Of a DNA stretch of 64,000 bases, positions 63,372-64,000 are shown piece after piece (within the stretch, counting starts at the first letter, position 1; each line of letters opens with the position of its first letter). Location: positions 86,719 to 150,718 of the forward strand of contig JAEOSU010000076.1 in NCBI GenBank assembly GCA_016840165.1, read 5' to 3'. Origin of the DNA: Promethearchaeota archaeon (GTDB taxonomy: Archaea; Asgardarchaeota; Lokiarchaeia; Sigyniarchaeales; SOKP01). The notes under the pieces are model-generated. The model ran no database searches. It saw only the letters and a program-made list of their open reading frames with translations, and was not told the origin of the DNA. A program made the translations under genes and the position numbers.

Positions 63372-63737
63372 TTGAGCACAATGTATTGTGAAAAATGTCA
63401 AACAAACGTCTTAACCAAAAGGGAAGATTTAGATATCGGTATCATAATTCTTCTGTTTATTTTTACCGCAGGATTCGGTATTATAATATATCTTGTCGTA
63501 TATTATGACAAAAAACCAAATCGCTGTATTCATTGTAATTCAATTTGTAAGCCAATGCTGCTTGAATCTCAGAATAACAAAACGGTAGTTCAAGTTGAGG
63601 ATAAAAGTGAAAAGATGCAGAATTATGTATCTATAAGTACCATTAATACAACATCTAAATTCTGTTATAACTGTGGAACTGAACTTGATGAAAGGGAACG
63701 AAAATTTTGTCCTTTCTGCGGTGTAAATGTAGAATAA
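63372..63737 (+). CDS. LITAF-like split zinc-ribbon membrane protein (paralog of 62570-62941)
   Basis: CEKC-x13-hydrophobic stretch-CIHC, then CYNCG-x11-CPFCG. The ATG at 63381 is the likelier start. Confidence 0.55.
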   Translation: MSTMYCEKCQTNVLTKREDLDIGIIILLFIFTAGFGIIIYLVVYYDKKPNRCIHCNSICKPMLLESQNNKTVVQVEDKSEKMQNYVSISTINTTSKFCYNCGTELDERERKFCPFCGVNVE

Positions 63738-63756
63738 AATTTTCCATTTCCATATT

Positions 63757-63987
63757 TTAATCTTCCTTTTTTTTTAGAATTTTCATAAATTCATAAAAGT
63801 ATTCATATGAGCGTTTAAAATGAACATCATATTTCGAATAGTTTAATGCATCAATAAAGAGTTCATTAAATTTTTCTTTATCCTTATTTTCAATGACATG
63901 TTTATAATCGTTCATTAAAGATACCAAATCATTAATTACGTTAAGAAATTTAGGATTTTCCATTTGAATCTCTCCAAACATTTCCAT
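63757..63987 (-). CDS. hypothetical small helical protein
   Basis: ORF only. Confidence 0.3.
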   Translation of the reverse strand: MEMFGEIQMENPKFLNVINDLVSLMNDYKHVIENKDKEKFNELFIDALNYSKYDVHFKRSYEYFYEFMKILKKKED

Positions 63988-64000
63988 CTCTCTCTGAATA

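Noticed and set aside
1-64000. Search for rRNA, tRNA, CRISPR arrays, IS elements and integrases.
   Set aside because: Intergenic regions are short and uniformly AT-rich, with no GC-rich 70-90-nt islands. I saw no regularly spaced direct repeats and no transposase- or integrase-like ORF. A covariance-model scan would be needed to exclude small ncRNAs.

Overview
This is a visibly AT-rich, densely coding archaeal chromosomal segment with about 60 credible protein genes. I recognised no rRNA, tRNA, CRISPR array or clear mobile element by eye. The gene content is archaeal. It includes archaeal-type AlaRS, FtsZ, EndoQ, uS2, an ether-lipid operon (GGGPS, DGGGPS, geranylgeranyl reductase), tetrahydromethanopterin genes (MptA, MptD, MptG, DHPS-like), F420/FO synthase CofG and CofH, and CooC. 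One locus (about 11.0-17.6 kb) encodes a complete eukaryote-type ubiquitylation cassette. It has two ubiquitin-like proteins, a membrane-anchored Ubl-domain protein, an E1, an E2, a JAMM/Rpn11-like isopeptidase, and a polytopic membrane protein with a C-terminal RING-like zinc finger. Together this suggests an Asgard (Lokiarchaeia-like) archaeon, which is an inference and not a database result. Ubiquitin cassettes are already known in Asgard archaea and Caldiarchaeum, so the leads here are the unusual details. These are Ala-Gly Ubl C-termini (one mature, one with a 3-residue pro-peptide), a non-conjugatable membrane Ubl domain, and a membrane-embedded RING candidate. Other leads: (1) two conserved genes whose essential N-termini can only be translated from ATT codons behind GTGA-type Shine-Dalgarno motifs; (2) a deaminase-type amidohydrolase coupled to the archaeal riboflavin/FO reductase and CofGH, a candidate for the unassigned archaeal pyrimidine deaminase; (3) two M28 metallopeptidase paralogs with transmembrane hairpins inside the catalytic domain, each ATGA-coupled to a branched-chain amino acid Fe-S dehydratase gene; (4) tandem paralogs with a LITAF/SIMPLE-like split zinc ribbon; (5) a GDH-CBS fusion; (6) an M28 gene remnant beside an orphan N6-adenine methyltransferase. 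All calls come from reading the supplied ORF translations and the DNA by eye. No searches were run, start codons are approximate, and function calls rest on recognised motifs.
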